Assembly: GCF_947331815.1 (NCBI RefSeq)
Contig: NZ_OX373462.1
Location: 513,376-545,375, forward strand
Length of the DNA: 32,000 nt
Source of the DNA: Cyanobacterium sp. uoEpiScrs1
Lineage (GTDB): Bacteria; Cyanobacteriota; Cyanobacteriia; Cyanobacteriales; Microcystaceae
Direction: 5' to 3'
Within the stretch, counting starts at the first letter, position 1, and every line of letters starts with the position of its first letter. The position numbers and the translations under genes are program-made. This document shows, piece by piece, positions 1-11,839 of the stretch. The notes under the pieces are model-generated. The model was given only the letters and a program-made list of their open reading frames with translations. It had not been told where the DNA came from and did no database searches.

Positions 1-176
1 TTTAAGCAAATTAAAATATGGGAATCAACCAAGGTTTTCTGATATAGTTTTTAACTTAATTATTTTATTTATATTTATAGTCTAGCTCTTATTAAAATAG
101 ATATTTTTTATTGTAAAACGAAATTTATAACAATTAATTATGTATTTTAATAAAGTTTACTAATGATTAATTTTGA

Positions 177-201
177 ATATATATATATATATATATATAT
201 A
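177..201. repeat. (AT)n microsatellite, about 12 units
   Basis: Uninterrupted ATATAT... tract read directly, in a non-coding region. Confidence 0.9.
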
Positions 202-698
202 ATAAATCCTATATATTATCCTAAACAAGATTTTTGTCCTATATCTGTAATAGAAATAGCTTTATAAAATGCTCATCAGCATAGCTTTTTAGAGGAATAT
301 TGAGTAATATATTTTCGATTTTTTAAAAAAATTATAGTCAATTTTTATTGACTATCAAACTGATTTATAATTCCATACAATTTTAACTTGTGAGGCTATA
401 TCTAAAAATTTTTTTGCTAAATATGCCAACCGGCAAATAGAATAATAATGCTATGCAAACTCCTAATGATAGTTGTTTAAATTATAAAATATTACTATGA
501 TATCAAGGTAAAATTTTTACTCATAGCACAATACATTAATAAATATTTATTGTAGAAAATAACTGAGATTTTCTATTCACTTTATAAGTTTATATTGAAC
601 TTACCTCGGTATAGAATATAAATTTATATAACTTCAAATAAAAGTTTATTATATTTTCAGAAATTATTTCTTAAATAAAAATAGTAAAACAATAAATT

Positions 699-1370
699 TT
701 AAATAGAAGAAAAAGGCTTAAGTTTTTGAAGTAACATTTTAGCTTTTTGAGTAATAACTTCCCAATTTTTATTATCAATAGCATTCTTAGGGAATAATTG
801 GCCCGATAAACCTACTGCGATTGCTCCTGCTTGAATAAAATCCGCAGCATTGTCAAGGGTTACTCCACCAGTGGGGATAAGAGGAATAGACCCTAAAGGA
901 CCTTGTAGCCCTTTAATATAAGAGCTTCCTCCCATTGCTTGTATGGGAAAGACCTTAACGCAACTAGCCCCTAATTGCCAAGCAGTGACAATTTCTGTTG
1001 GAGATAAAGCACCAGGAATTATGGGAATTCTAGCGTTAATGGCGGTTTGAATTAATATAGGGTTGACATTTGGGGTAAAGCAAAATTGAACCTTAGCTGC
1101 AATCGCCCCCTGTAGCTGTTCGAGGTTTAAAATTGTTCCTGTTCCAACAGTACAGTTAGGTAATTCTTGGCAAATTTGGCGAATTAATTGTGCAGGTCTT
1201 CCACTATTCCAGGTAATTTCAATTAGACGAATTCCACCGGCAGATACGGCTTTGGCCATATTTAAGCCAAGATTTAAATTATTAGTACGGATGACTGCAA
1301 TAGCCCGATGTTGTCTGAGCAAATTTTGCCAAGAAAGTGAAAGGTCTTTAGAAGAGTTTGAAAATATCAA
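699..1370 (-). CDS. eda: KDPG/KHG aldolase family protein (2-dehydro-3-deoxyphosphogluconate aldolase)
   Basis: 223 aa ORF with motifs AIAVIR, GIRLIEITWNS, VGTGTIL, CFTPNVNP, PGALSPTEI, VKVFPI and PLIPTGGVTLDN, typical of Eda. Confidence 0.87.
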   Translation of the reverse strand: MIFSNSSKDLSLSWQNLLRQHRAIAVIRTNNLNLGLNMAKAVSAGGIRLIEITWNSGRPAQLIRQICQELPNCTVGTGTILNLEQLQGAIAAKVQFCFTPNVNPILIQTAINARIPIIPGALSPTEIVTAWQLGASCVKVFPIQAMGGSSYIKGLQGPLGSIPLIPTGGVTLDNAADFIQAGAIAVGLSGQLFPKNAIDNKNWEVITQKAKMLLQKLKPFSSI

Positions 1371-2168
1371 CTTTTTTATTTGATAGATAATTAATTTCCC
1401 AATCTAGTCTAACCATTCCATACATTTAATACAAGTAAAATATATCAATTAAAATAAATTACATAAACAATATTCTATAAGTTTTTTCTTAAATAATCCT
1501 TTATATTCAAAAAATATGTCAAATGAGAATAGACCGCATTCTATAAAATATATTATCTAAAAGTTAAAAAGACAAAGTTTAAGAAATTGAATCTATATTT
1601 ATTAAATAAGCTAGTAAATATCTTTGTCATAAAGTACTAAAAAATATTTTAATTACTGTATATCAATGCGTAATTTTTTATTTACTAATCCAGTATATTG
1701 TTTGATTTATCTTTATAAGTGAAATTAAGTGGTTGACTTAGAGTCTTTTGTTATTAAAATCATTGGATTAGACAACTCTTGTTTTGTTTAATGAACTGCA
1801 GCTTCTTCTAGAATTATATACATATAATTATGATTGGATAATTATATAGCTTTAAACACTTATTCTTTACTAAATAATTACAGTCATAGCAATAAATATT
1901 AGAGTACTTTTTAATAAAAAAACACGTAAGCTCTTAGTGATTATTGTCTAAATCTACGCTGATATTAGTAACTATTTCTTTATCAGTTTATTTTGTGCTA
2001 ATATTCTACATTTGGAATAAAAAAGATAGTTATATTGACAGTGATTTTCATATATGGTGGCGACACTAACTATCAATTTTGATTGTAACTATTAAGACTA
2101 TAACTAAAGTAAAATAGATAGTACGTAATACAACAAAACGTTAATTTATTCTCTTAAATAGTCAATGT

Positions 2169-3269
2169 TTAACCTTGATAACTACGATAGCGATAGTAAG
2201 CAGAGCAAGCTCCTTCTGAGGACACCATAGGTGCGCCTAAAGGACGTTCTGGGGTACATTCTTTTCCAAAGGCAGAACAATGGTAAGGTTTTTTACATCC
2301 TTGCATAATTTCCCCACTAATACAAATTGAAGAGATATAAGAGGAGTTTATTGAAGATAACTCCTCAGCAAACCGTTCTAAGGCGTCAAAACTAGCGTAT
2401 TTTTCTCGCAATCCTAGTCCACTTCGGTTAATTTCTCCAATACCTCGCCACTGTCGGGGAACAACCTCAAATACTTCTCTAATAATTTGTTTTGCAATAG
2501 AATTACCCTGCTGTTCTACAGAACGGATATATTGATTTTCACAGTGCGCTTGTCCTGACTCTAATTGTTGCAGACATAAATAAATACCTTGGAGGACATC
2601 GATGGGTTCAAACCCTGTTATCACAATGGGAACACCATATTTATGAGCAATGGGGTGATATTCCTCATACCCCATTACTGTACAAACATGACCGGCCGCT
2701 AAAAACCCTTGTACTTGGCATTTAGGTGACCCTAAAATAGCTTCTATAGCAGGGGGGACTAAGACATGAGAGACTAATAAAGAGAAATTGGTTATTGCAC
2801 GTTGTGCAGCTTGATAAACGGCCATGGCAGTTGCAGGGGTAGTTGTTTCAAACCCGACTGCAAAAAAAACTACCTGTTTGTTGGGATTTTCCTCGGCAAG
2901 TCTAAGACCATCTAAAGGAGAATAGACAATACGAATATCTCCCCCCTTTGCTTTGACAGTGAGTAAATCTTCATCAGTTCCAGGAACTCGTAACATATCG
3001 CCAAAGGAACAGAAAATTACATCCCGAAGACTAGCAATTTTTAAGGCGGAATCAATCAGTCGAATAGGGGTGACGCATACGGGACAACCAGGCCCATGAA
3101 TTAATGTGATTTTTGATGGTAAAAGTTTATCGATTCCGTATTTCACAATAGAATGTGTTTGTCCGCCACAAATTTCCATTATGTTCCAATCTCTGGTAGT
3201 TATTTGAGTAATTCTCTTGGAATATTTTTGAGCCAAGTTAGTATCGCGATATTCGTCAATAAATTTCAT
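2169..3269 (-). CDS. hypD: Hydrogenase formation/maturation protein HypD
   Basis: 366 aa full-length ORF; [50 protein letters not shown] and the C-terminal Cys-rich part ([43 protein letters not shown]) are all present. Confidence 0.96.
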   Translation of the reverse strand: MKFIDEYRDTNLAQKYSKRITQITTRDWNIMEICGGQTHSIVKYGIDKLLPSKITLIHGPGCPVCVTPIRLIDSALKIASLRDVIFCSFGDMLRVPGTDEDLLTVKAKGGDIRIVYSPLDGLRLAEENPNKQVVFFAVGFETTTPATAMAVYQAAQRAITNFSLLVSHVLVPPAIEAILGSPKCQVQGFLAAGHVCTVMGYEEYHPIAHKYGVPIVITGFEPIDVLQGIYLCLQQLESGQAHCENQYIRSVEQQGNSIAKQIIREVFEVVPRQWRGIGEINRSGLGLREKYASFDALERFAEELSSINSSYISSICISGEIMQGCKKPYHCSAFGKECTPERPLGAPMVSSEGACSAYYRYRSYQG

Positions 3270-4962
3270 AGTTAATTAATAATAAATTAGTTATGAATAA
3301 TATTTTTTAGGTTTTTTAACCTTACTAGATAACCTCCATATTAATTAACACTGTTATAAACATTGAATAACTTTAATTTTTCTTTACATATTAAGTGTTA
3401 AAGATCAATCAGGTTATTAAATTTGATCATTTAAAGTATACTAAATAGCTCGAGTTAATTTGATTATAATTTATATAAATAATTCAAAACTTTTTTACTT
3501 TTTTTGCTAAAAAATATATTAAATTTTATTTTTTATTGTTTAACGTAAATCATTGTTGTAAAGAGATAGTCAGTATGATTGGTGTATTAGACTATTGGAC
3601 AATGTCTAGTATTTTATACATTGAATAAGTAATTGACTTTAAGTAAAATAAAGAAAATAATTGTATATATTTACATCTCGAAAGACATGATTTTAACTGT
3701 CCAGGATTTATATCGCTTATGCTAAGTATTTAAAGTTAAATTTTGTTTGATTTTCTTAGCCACTTTAATATATATTTGTATTTAAATATTTTACAAAAAA
3801 TTTATCATTTTCTACATTTAATGAGATTCATCTTCTATTAATCTAGTTATAGATAATACAATTATATAAACTATAGATATATTTTGTCTCTGCCATCTTC
3901 CTTTTTATTTAAGTAGAGTACAATATACAATGATGAATTTTTACTAATTAATTAATTATTCTATTTATTTAGAAAATATTTTATAAACGTAGTATTTTGC
4001 TATTGTTCTAGTTATAGAAATGACTTTATATTTTGATCTAACGATGATGAGCATTATTTTTTGATATTATTATAGCAGTGATTAAATTATTTCAAGTCTA
4101 AAATAAATTGGATATCAATTTTATAAAAACTCGTAGTATAACCTGATTTATGGAGCAATTTATAACCCAATAAAATTCTAAAGCTTAATAAAAAAAATTG
4201 TCGTTCTACTATGGCAACTAATTCTAAAATTAAATTTACTCTTTCAGGCTCTATTCAAACTTGACCGGGAGAACTAGTTCTCTATAATATCCAAGTAGTT
4301 ATTTTGCTTACTGCTTCTGCAGACATAAAAGTAAAAATAATTTTACTGAATAAAACCTATTTCTCTCTATGAGGTTGTCTCAACCTTAGCTAGAGGACCC
4401 TAAGAAAACTGACTAAAAATTTTTATAGGATAGCAAAATAATTTAGCAGTCTAGTGTAAATAATTATCCATTAGCTTATGGAAATAATTACTATCATAGC
4501 TACCCCGTATTTAGGTTATTGCAAGTGCGGTAAATTGAAATATTTGAAGTTGACTTAAGAACAAAAATAGATTGATTTGTAATTACACTCTCTTGAGTCT
4601 TAAGTAATTTACGAAAAGGATAATTTTAATTAAATAGAAGATTAGTTTTTGGGATCTATGCAAACTTATGATTTAATGAGTAATTAATAGATAAAAATTA
4701 GTCATTTAATAAGCTAAGTTTTGCACTGGTCTTTAGTGATAAATCTACACCTTCAATTAAGGAGATAAAGGCATTCTTGAAATATTTAGCTACACCCTTA
4801 GGGACTTTATCACTGTATAATAGTGTCCACTAAGTACCTGACATTTTATAAATAAATTCAAAAAACTTTCTAATTAGAGAGAAACTTTGATAGTTTCTAA
4901 TAATTTTATATTTTTTTTAAAAATTCTTTAGTAAAGTTAAATGATTGAAGTTTATGAGAAAA

Positions 4963-4987
4963 TTGGACAACTATTGAAGTTATCCAA
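4963..4987 (-). terminator. Possible terminator of rpsD
   Basis: TTGGAcAACT-attga-AGTTaTCCAA: a 10-nt stem with one mismatch directly past the rpsD stop. On the minus strand it is followed by ATTTTCT. Confidence 0.4.
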
Positions 4988-4994
4988 TACTCTT

Positions 4995-5603
4995 CTAAGC
5001 TTTTCGAGAATAATACTCAACTACCAATAATTCATTAATTTGTAAAGCTATCCATTCTCGCTCAATAATCCCATTTACTTTCCCCGTTAAGGTATTTTTG
5101 TCAAAATCTAAATGACTTGGAAGATTAGCTAGACCAGGATATTCCATATTTGCTTCTACCAAGCGACGAGAACGCTCTTGATTACGAACTGAGATAACTT
5201 CCCCAGGACGGCATTGATAACTAGGGATGTTAACAACTTGTCCATTAACGGTAAGATGACCGTGCGAGACTAGCTGGCGGGCTCCTGGAATGGTTCCTGC
5301 CATACCTAAACGAAATACTGTATTATCAAGGCGCATTTCTAGTAATTCCAGAAGTTTTTGACCGGTAGAACCTGTGGCTCTACGAGCTTTTTTCACATAG
5401 CGTACTAGCTGACCTTCAGTTACGCCATAGTTAAAGCGCAGTTTCTGTTTTTCCTCAAGACGAATAGCATATTCCGAACGCTTTCTGCGTCCTTGTCCAT
5501 GTTGCCCTGGGGGATAGGCACGACGAGGGTTTTTGCGACTTAAGCCAGGGAGTTCTCCTAGTCGTCGTACAACTCTTAAACGAGGTCCTCTATAACGAGA
5601 CAT
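4995..5603 (-). CDS. rpsD: 30S ribosomal protein S4
   Basis: 202 aa; [54 protein letters not shown] (S4 domain). Confidence 0.98.
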   Translation of the reverse strand: MSRYRGPRLRVVRRLGELPGLSRKNPRRAYPPGQHGQGRRKRSEYAIRLEEKQKLRFNYGVTEGQLVRYVKKARRATGSTGQKLLELLEMRLDNTVFRLGMAGTIPGARQLVSHGHLTVNGQVVNIPSYQCRPGEVISVRNQERSRRLVEANMEYPGLANLPSHLDFDKNTLTGKVNGIIEREWIALQINELLVVEYYSRKA

Positions 5604-6237
5604 ATAACGGATTTTCTCCTAAAATACATAGTTATTCCAAAACCATCATTATACACGATTTGTAGTAATTGTTGGAGGGTCGAAATTTATATTGAGATAA
5701 TCAGGAATTAGTTAACGAGAAAAAGCACTATTGCACTGGTAATTTTTATTAAAGAATTTAGAAAATCATTTCTTAAAATTTTTACATATTTTTTATTTTA
5801 AGCACATACATAAAACTTTAACTATTAAAGAAGTAGTAGAAATAAAAATAGAATACATACTATATACTAAACTATATTTTTATTCGTTCGTCAATATATT
5901 GAAGTAAGTGATTATTTCTTAAACTATTGAGATTGATTTTTTAAAAATCATCTAAGTTATCAAACACTTATACTTTTATTTTAGTATTTTTATAAAAAAT
6001 AATAGTTTTTTATATATCAAAAAACATCATTGTAAAAAAACATCTATCTAAACTGATATATTATTTATGTAAACTTTAGTTAATAGCTCTCTATTGGAGT
6101 ATAAAACTTTTAAATTTATTCAGACTATAAATATACAAAATTACATAAACATAATTTTAAAAAATATAATTATCAATACTCTTGTTTACAATTAATAGTA
6201 GTTCATAAAATGAGCAATATCTGTTATTTAAGTGATT

Positions 6238-7107
6238 TTAATCTTGATTAGGAGTATCAACTTCTAACGACAACTTATAAATTTGACGACGGTTTAAAGA
6301 AATTAATTCTGCTAAGTGACAACTCGCTTGTGACCGCGTCATTCCCATAGCTAACAATTGTTTTAATTCCTTCTTTAATTGTTCTTCAGTTAATGTTAAT
6401 TCAGACATTGTATGGCATCCGGCTACGATTAGGGTAAATTCTCCTTTAAGGTATTTTGAATCTTGAAAATAGTTAATTGCTTCTCCCAGGGTTCCTCTCC
6501 ATAATTCTTCATATAATTTCGTTAGTTCTCTAGCTACTGTAATTAAACGGTTTTTTCCGAAAAAATTTCCTAAGTCGTTTAAAGTTTGTAACAAACGATG
6601 GGGGGACTCATAAAAGATTATGGTACGAGTTTCCGTCTTCAAAAATGTTAAACGATTAACCCTGCTTTTATCTTTTGTGGAAAGAAATCCTTCAAAAACA
6701 AAGCGATTTGTGGGTAAACCAGAAACTGATAGCGCCATGATGGCAGCATTTGCTCCAGAAATAGGAATAGTAGCAATACTTTTATCAATACAAGCTTTAA
6801 TCAATTCATACCCCGGATCAGATATACCTGGCATTCCTGCGTCAGTGACCAAAGCAATAATTTTTCCTTGTTGTAGATAACCAATTAACTCATCTTGACG
6901 AGACAATCGATTATGGTGGTGATAACTTATCTGAGGGGTGTTAACGTGAAAGTAGTGTAGGAGTTTTTTCGTGTGACGGGTATCTTCTGCAGCGATCAAA
7001 TTCACTGATTTTAGAATATGGATCGCCCTTAATGTCATATCTTCCAAATTGCCAATGGGAGTCCCGACAACATAAAGAGTACCTGTTTGTAGAATTTCAT
7101 TGCTCAT
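6238..7107 (-). CDS. rsmI: 16S rRNA (cytidine-2'-O)-methyltransferase RsmI
   Basis: 289 aa; TLYVVGTPIGNLEDMTLRAI, AAEDTRHT, VTDAGMPGISDPG, FYESPHRL, RELTKLYEE. Confidence 0.96.
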   Translation of the reverse strand: MSNEILQTGTLYVVGTPIGNLEDMTLRAIHILKSVNLIAAEDTRHTKKLLHYFHVNTPQISYHHHNRLSRQDELIGYLQQGKIIALVTDAGMPGISDPGYELIKACIDKSIATIPISGANAAIMALSVSGLPTNRFVFEGFLSTKDKSRVNRLTFLKTETRTIIFYESPHRLLQTLNDLGNFFGKNRLITVARELTKLYEELWRGTLGEAINYFQDSKYLKGEFTLIVAGCHTMSELTLTEEQLKKELKQLLAMGMTRSQASCHLAELISLNRRQIYKLSLEVDTPNQD

Positions 7108-7118
7108 TTTTACGACTC

Positions 7119-7985
7119 ATGAATGGATTATTTATCGGTTTAACAACTCTGGACTTAATTTATCTTACCGAGCACTTTCCCCATAGTAATGAAAAAATTG
7201 TAGCTATTGATGAAACGATTTCTGTAGGGGGCCCAGCAACGAATGCGGCTATCACTTTTAAACATTTTAGTGATCAAGCAACTTTATTAAGTGTGATTGG
7301 TAATCATCCTATTAGTCAATTAATTTATGCTGAATTAAACGATTATTCTATAAATGTTTTTGACTTAAATCCTCATCACAAAAAACCTTTGCCTACTTCT
7401 TCAATTATTGTTAATACAATGACAGGTGAACGGGCTGTTGTTTCTATTAATGCTACTAAATCTAAAGCGATTATCAATAATGGACTTTCTGCGAGAATTT
7501 TGCAAAATGTTGACATTATTTTAGTCGATGGGCATCAAATATCTACAAGCATTATGATAGCTAAAGAAGCGCAACGGTTAAAAATACCTGTTGTTTTAGA
7601 TGGAGGAAGCTGGAAACCTGGACTATCTAAAATTCTTCCTTATGTAAATTATGCGATTTGCTCTGAAAATTTTTATCCTCCTAACTGTCTTAATTCTCTC
7701 GATGTGTTCCATTACTTAAAAGATATTAAAATTCCTTATATTGCTATTACTAAGGGAGCAAAGCCAATTCAATATTGGACTAAAGAAGAATCAGGAAATG
7801 TTGAAGTTTCAAAAATAAAAGCGATAGACACATTAGGAGCAGGAGATATCTTTCATGGAGCTTTTTGCTATTTTATTCTTCAATACAATTTTAAGGATTC
7901 TATAATAAAAGCTTCTCAAGTTGCGTCTATTGCTTGTCAGTATTTTGGAACTCATCAATGGATGTCTAAAATAGTTAATGGTTAA
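7119..7985 (+). CDS. PfkB-family carbohydrate kinase
   Basis: The ORF continues upstream to 7032, but MNGLFIGLTTLDLIYL at 7119 is the likely start. Family motifs VGGPATNAAITF near the N-terminus and DTLGAGDIFHGAF near the C-terminus. Confidence 0.88.
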   Translation: MNGLFIGLTTLDLIYLTEHFPHSNEKIVAIDETISVGGPATNAAITFKHFSDQATLLSVIGNHPISQLIYAELNDYSINVFDLNPHHKKPLPTSSIIVNTMTGERAVVSINATKSKAIINNGLSARILQNVDIILVDGHQISTSIMIAKEAQRLKIPVVLDGGSWKPGLSKILPYVNYAICSENFYPPNCLNSLDVFHYLKDIKIPYIAITKGAKPIQYWTKEESGNVEVSKIKAIDTLGAGDIFHGAFCYFILQYNFKDSIIKASQVASIACQYFGTHQWMSKIVNG

Positions 7986-8177
7986 TGATTATTAAATTAG
8001 GATTTAAACTGCTCTCTTTATTTATTTTTTTACAGACAATAAAGTTTTTTGACAGTTATCATTTTTTGTTGCATCTTATGGCTATAATTTTATCTTTATG
8101 GTGTAAGATAAAAAATCCTTCTAGAGTTGAAGAAAGAGAAACAAAGGGGTGTTTACCCAACTTTAGAGGGAATTGCC

Positions 8178-8498
8178 ATGAAGAGAATTATCAATATATT
8201 GATGGGCATGATAGCTCTAGTTTGCGTAACTACCATAGTCAACGCTCAAACCATTCGTCAATCGAACTTAGAAGAGAGAGCTGCTAATCTAAACTTGGGG
8301 TACAATGAACCCTATCAATCGGGTACTATTGTCGGAATTATTTCAGGACCTTATGGCAGTGTTTTATTCGTGAAACTTGAAGATAATACAAAATTGAGAT
8401 TTCACCATCCAGGAACGTCAATTGATAGAGGTGATAGTGTTTTTGTGTTTAAGAAAAATGGCAAATATTTTCTACTTGAATCAGCGATTCCAGAATAA
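8178..8498 (+). CDS. Small secreted/periplasmic hypothetical protein, 106 aa
   Basis: Starts MKRIINILMGMIALVCVTTIVNAQ, a clear signal peptide with a VNA-Q cleavage-like site, inside the longer ORF 8127..8498. The body is beta-rich: GTIVGIISGPYGSVLFVKLEDNTKLRF. Confidence 0.65.
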   Translation: MKRIINILMGMIALVCVTTIVNAQTIRQSNLEERAANLNLGYNEPYQSGTIVGIISGPYGSVLFVKLEDNTKLRFHHPGTSIDRGDSVFVFKKNGKYFLLESAIPE

Positions 8499-9592
8499 AT
8501 AAGAGATGAGCTAGAACGCATTCAAGAATACGTTTTAGCTAAAAATATATTCAACATACTATTTATTGAAGGATATTAATCAGCCTATTGAAGCTTTGTA
8601 TGGTGAATATTGCTTAATTTGGAGTAACGTCTTAGTCTTTTTAAGACTATCAGACTAAAGATCATAGTGAATATATTTTTGAAATATTGAATTTGTCGTT
8701 TCTTAAAAAGATGATAACAAAAGACATAAAATTCACAGCAAAGTCCATAAGAATAGATTTTTATAAATACAAAAAATGGTAGGATGAGTGGTTTCATTAA
8801 TTATCACTCTAATGATATATTTATTTAATTTTTGAACAGGTTAACCTCTAGTAGTCGCTTTTTTAACTATTTTTCCATTTTGCATTGAATTTAAAATTTT
8901 TACACATACATTTTAACTTATTTAAATAAGTATTTAGAGCAAAATGTTTTGTAAGATTGATTATTCGTAAATAACTCGCTGACTATTAGGCTCATTCTCT
9001 GTTTGTATAATTATACTTTAATCAATGCCAAATATTTTCTGTATTGGTTAGTCATAAAACTTATGGCACTAATACAAACAAAACTAACTGCACTAGTTTA
9101 AACTAATAAAACTTAAAAATTTATAAGCTAAATAGTTAAAAAACATCTAATTATTTAGAAAAAGTTATATTTTTACAGCTACTTTGTCAATAAAATTAAC
9201 TATAAAGAATTTATTATTTATTTTTATTAAAACAATTATTAATCAAGTTAGAAGGTTAATTTAAATTCTATTTTTATACCTATTAACCTGAATCTTAGTA
9301 TCTTTCTTGTTAGGTATGTTGGTAATATAACTATATATAGTAAAAAACTACCACAGGCTAATATTTATAGAATAGAGACGAAAAGAACAAAATGGTTACT
9401 CTATAAGGCTTTTGAATTTTGTTAAACATCAATGCCTAGCCTTATCTTAGGAACTCCTAAAATATTTATATGGAATCATCAATGAGTTCATACAATATCT
9501 TTTCTAAAAAATACTGAAGATTAGTTCAATCTCTATTCTGGAGATAACATTCTCTTTTATCCTCAATACACTTTTAATCTATTTATAGATTT

Positions 9593-10642
9593 TTATCTCT
9601 CAATAATACCGCCGCCTAAGACAATCTCTCCATCATATAAAACTGCCGCTTGGCCTGGAGTAACCCCAAATTGAGGATCATCAAAAATTAATTTGATACG
9701 ATGATTACCCAAAGGGATAACATTAACTGAAACTGCAGGAGAACGATAGCGAATTTGGGCTTCTACCTGAATAGGAGAAGAAGGTTCAGGGATTGAAATC
9801 CAATTCATTCTATTTACATGACAATCAGAACACCTTGCATTATTACGATTAGCAACAATAACCTGGTTCATTACGGGATCAAGTTTTATTACATATAATG
9901 GTTCAGTTGCCGCAATGCCTAGTCCTTTACGTTGTCCAATAGTATAGTGGTGAACTCCTTGATGTTTCCCTAATACTTTGCCGTCGATACTAACAATATT
10001 CCCTTCTTTTTGAGAGATATGCTGATCCAGAAATGTTTTCATAGATCCATGAACTTCAATTAAACATAAATCTTGACTTTCAGGTTTACTTGCGGTTTTC
10101 AAATTCAGTTCACTAGCAGTTTTTCGAGTTTCTTCCTTAGTTTGATTTCCCAAAGGAAAAAGAACTCCCGCTAACATTTCTTGGGAAAGATTATAAAGAA
10201 AATAAGATTGATCTTTATGACAATCAACTGCTCGCAATAATTGATAGCGTTGATTAACTTCATCGTAGCGAACACGTGCATAATGTCCCGTTGCTATATG
10301 ATTGCACTTTAATTCCTGTTTAGCATACTTTAACATAGGACCAAATTTGATCACCTTATTACATTGGGAACAAGGAAGAGGTGTTACACCTGACTCATAA
10401 CCTGAAACTAAATAATCAATAATATTAGCTTGAAATAGATCACGAATATCAACAATATGGTGAGGAATTCCTAACTGCTCGCAAATCAAAGCTGCATCCA
10501 CCATTCCCTCTGAACAACATTGCCCTTTCCCTTTCATTAACCATAAGGTTAAACCAATCACTTCATAACCTTGATGCTGAAGACTAGCAGCTGCAACAGA
10601 ACTGTCAACCCCCCCTGACAAACCAACTAAAACTTTGCTCAT
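9593..10642 (-). CDS. mnmA: tRNA-specific 2-thiouridylase MnmA
   Basis: 349 aa; [33 protein letters not shown]-like [37 protein letters not shown] region. Confidence 0.97.
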   Translation of the reverse strand: MSKVLVGLSGGVDSSVAAASLQHQGYEVIGLTLWLMKGKGQCCSEGMVDAALICEQLGIPHHIVDIRDLFQANIIDYLVSGYESGVTPLPCSQCNKVIKFGPMLKYAKQELKCNHIATGHYARVRYDEVNQRYQLLRAVDCHKDQSYFLYNLSQEMLAGVLFPLGNQTKEETRKTASELNLKTASKPESQDLCLIEVHGSMKTFLDQHISQKEGNIVSIDGKVLGKHQGVHHYTIGQRKGLGIAATEPLYVIKLDPVMNQVIVANRNNARCSDCHVNRMNWISIPEPSSPIQVEAQIRYRSPAVSVNVIPLGNHRIKLIFDDPQFGVTPGQAAVLYDGEIVLGGGIIER

Positions 10643-11148
10643 TATACTTTCGTTTCTCGTAACTTTATTTCATTCAGGATAACTCATCATATATAGTCAT
10701 TGGCTTATGACTATTGGTGTTATTCGATAAGCCTAGCTTTAATAGTGAATATTTTAAATCAGGTATCAGACATGAAGTCTTTACAGAAAGAGTCTTAATT
10801 CTAATAATAATAGCTCTTCTAGACCGAGTCTAAAAATGAGTAGGGAGTAAAACTTAAAATTTATGTTGTGACTATATTTTATGCATATAAAAACAAAATT
10901 ATAAACTTTACTTTATATAAATAAAATAATTTTTTTTGATTCTGTTAACACTGTTAAATCTAATAATCAAAAGAGAAAAGTAAAAATATTAATTAATTAC
11001 AAGTAGTTATAAAACTGAGATTCTTTATAGTAAAAAATAAAACAATAATTATGCTTGATATATATTTTTATATGTTATTATGTTTCATAAATAAGTGGTA
11101 TATTTTTATATAAATGCAGCCAATTATCATACTAGCAAACAAAAACAA

Positions 11149-11191
11149 CCACAGAAGTAACTTTAAAAGTTATTTAAAGTTACTTCTGTGG
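11149..11191. other. Perfect 19-bp stem / 5-nt loop hairpin
   Basis: CCACAGAAGTAACTTTAAA-AGTTA-TTTAAAGTTACTTCTGTGG. On the minus strand it is followed by TTGTTTTTGTTT. Confidence 0.9.
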
Positions 11192-11660
11192 ATTTAAAGA
11201 TTGAATATTTTTCAAGTAAATTGTTGTTAGTTTATTTTAAAAAACTAATTTAATCCGTCTTATTTAAATCCTAATATTAAAAAATTAAATTACATAAACA
11301 AACTTAACTAACAAAGCTTACTAATAAATATAATTTTATTGGTAATATAACTTAAATATTTGTTCCTACAAAAAGTAGATAGATTTACTAAATAATAGAT
11401 GCTTTTTAACTACTTTATTAAAAAATCCTAGAGAATATACATTCGAAAATCAAGTTAATTAAAAAACAGGCGTATAGATAAATTGACTTTAGTGCTCTTA
11501 CAGAAAAAGTTCTATTCATTTTATATTTTCTAGGTTGGCTATGCTAGCCCAAAATTTAGAATAGTAGATTTATAAAACAAATAAATTTCAAATATTTGGT
11601 AAACAACCTAAATATTTGAAATTTGTCACCATTTTTAATAAATAATTAGAAACAAATAGC

Positions 11661-11826
11661 TCGCATTTCAGTATTTACTAAATAGTGTGATCCCTAAAAG
11701 CACACTGAAAGTGAACGCAACCTTAAAGACTAGCCCGAAATTCCCTCTGTCCATTATGATCCAAAGGGATAAGGCCGGATGAAATTGCCGGATATTTCCT
11801 TAAGCTTAAATTCTTAGGTGTTTTTT
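11661..11826 (+). promoter_or_regulatory. Structured 5' leader of ndhB (candidate)
   Basis: Consecutive short stems AGTGTG/CACACT, TCCCT/AGGGA, CCGG/CCGG, then CCTTAAG/CTTAGG followed by TGTTTTTT, ending just before the ndhB ATG at 11840. Confidence 0.3.
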
Positions 11827-11839
11827 CTCCCATAACTCT

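Noticed and set aside
6620-6880. 86-aa plus-strand ORF
   Set aside because: Fully antisense within well-supported rsmI; composition reflects the mirror frame.
7985-8287. 100-aa plus-strand ORF after the kinase
   Set aside because: Mostly a frame-shifted reading of the spacer and the start of the secreted protein gene at 8178; low-complexity Leu/Ser run with no motif.
8585-8797. 70-aa minus-strand ORF
   Set aside because: AT-driven F/Y/K/I-rich frame in a non-coding gap; no recognisable motif.
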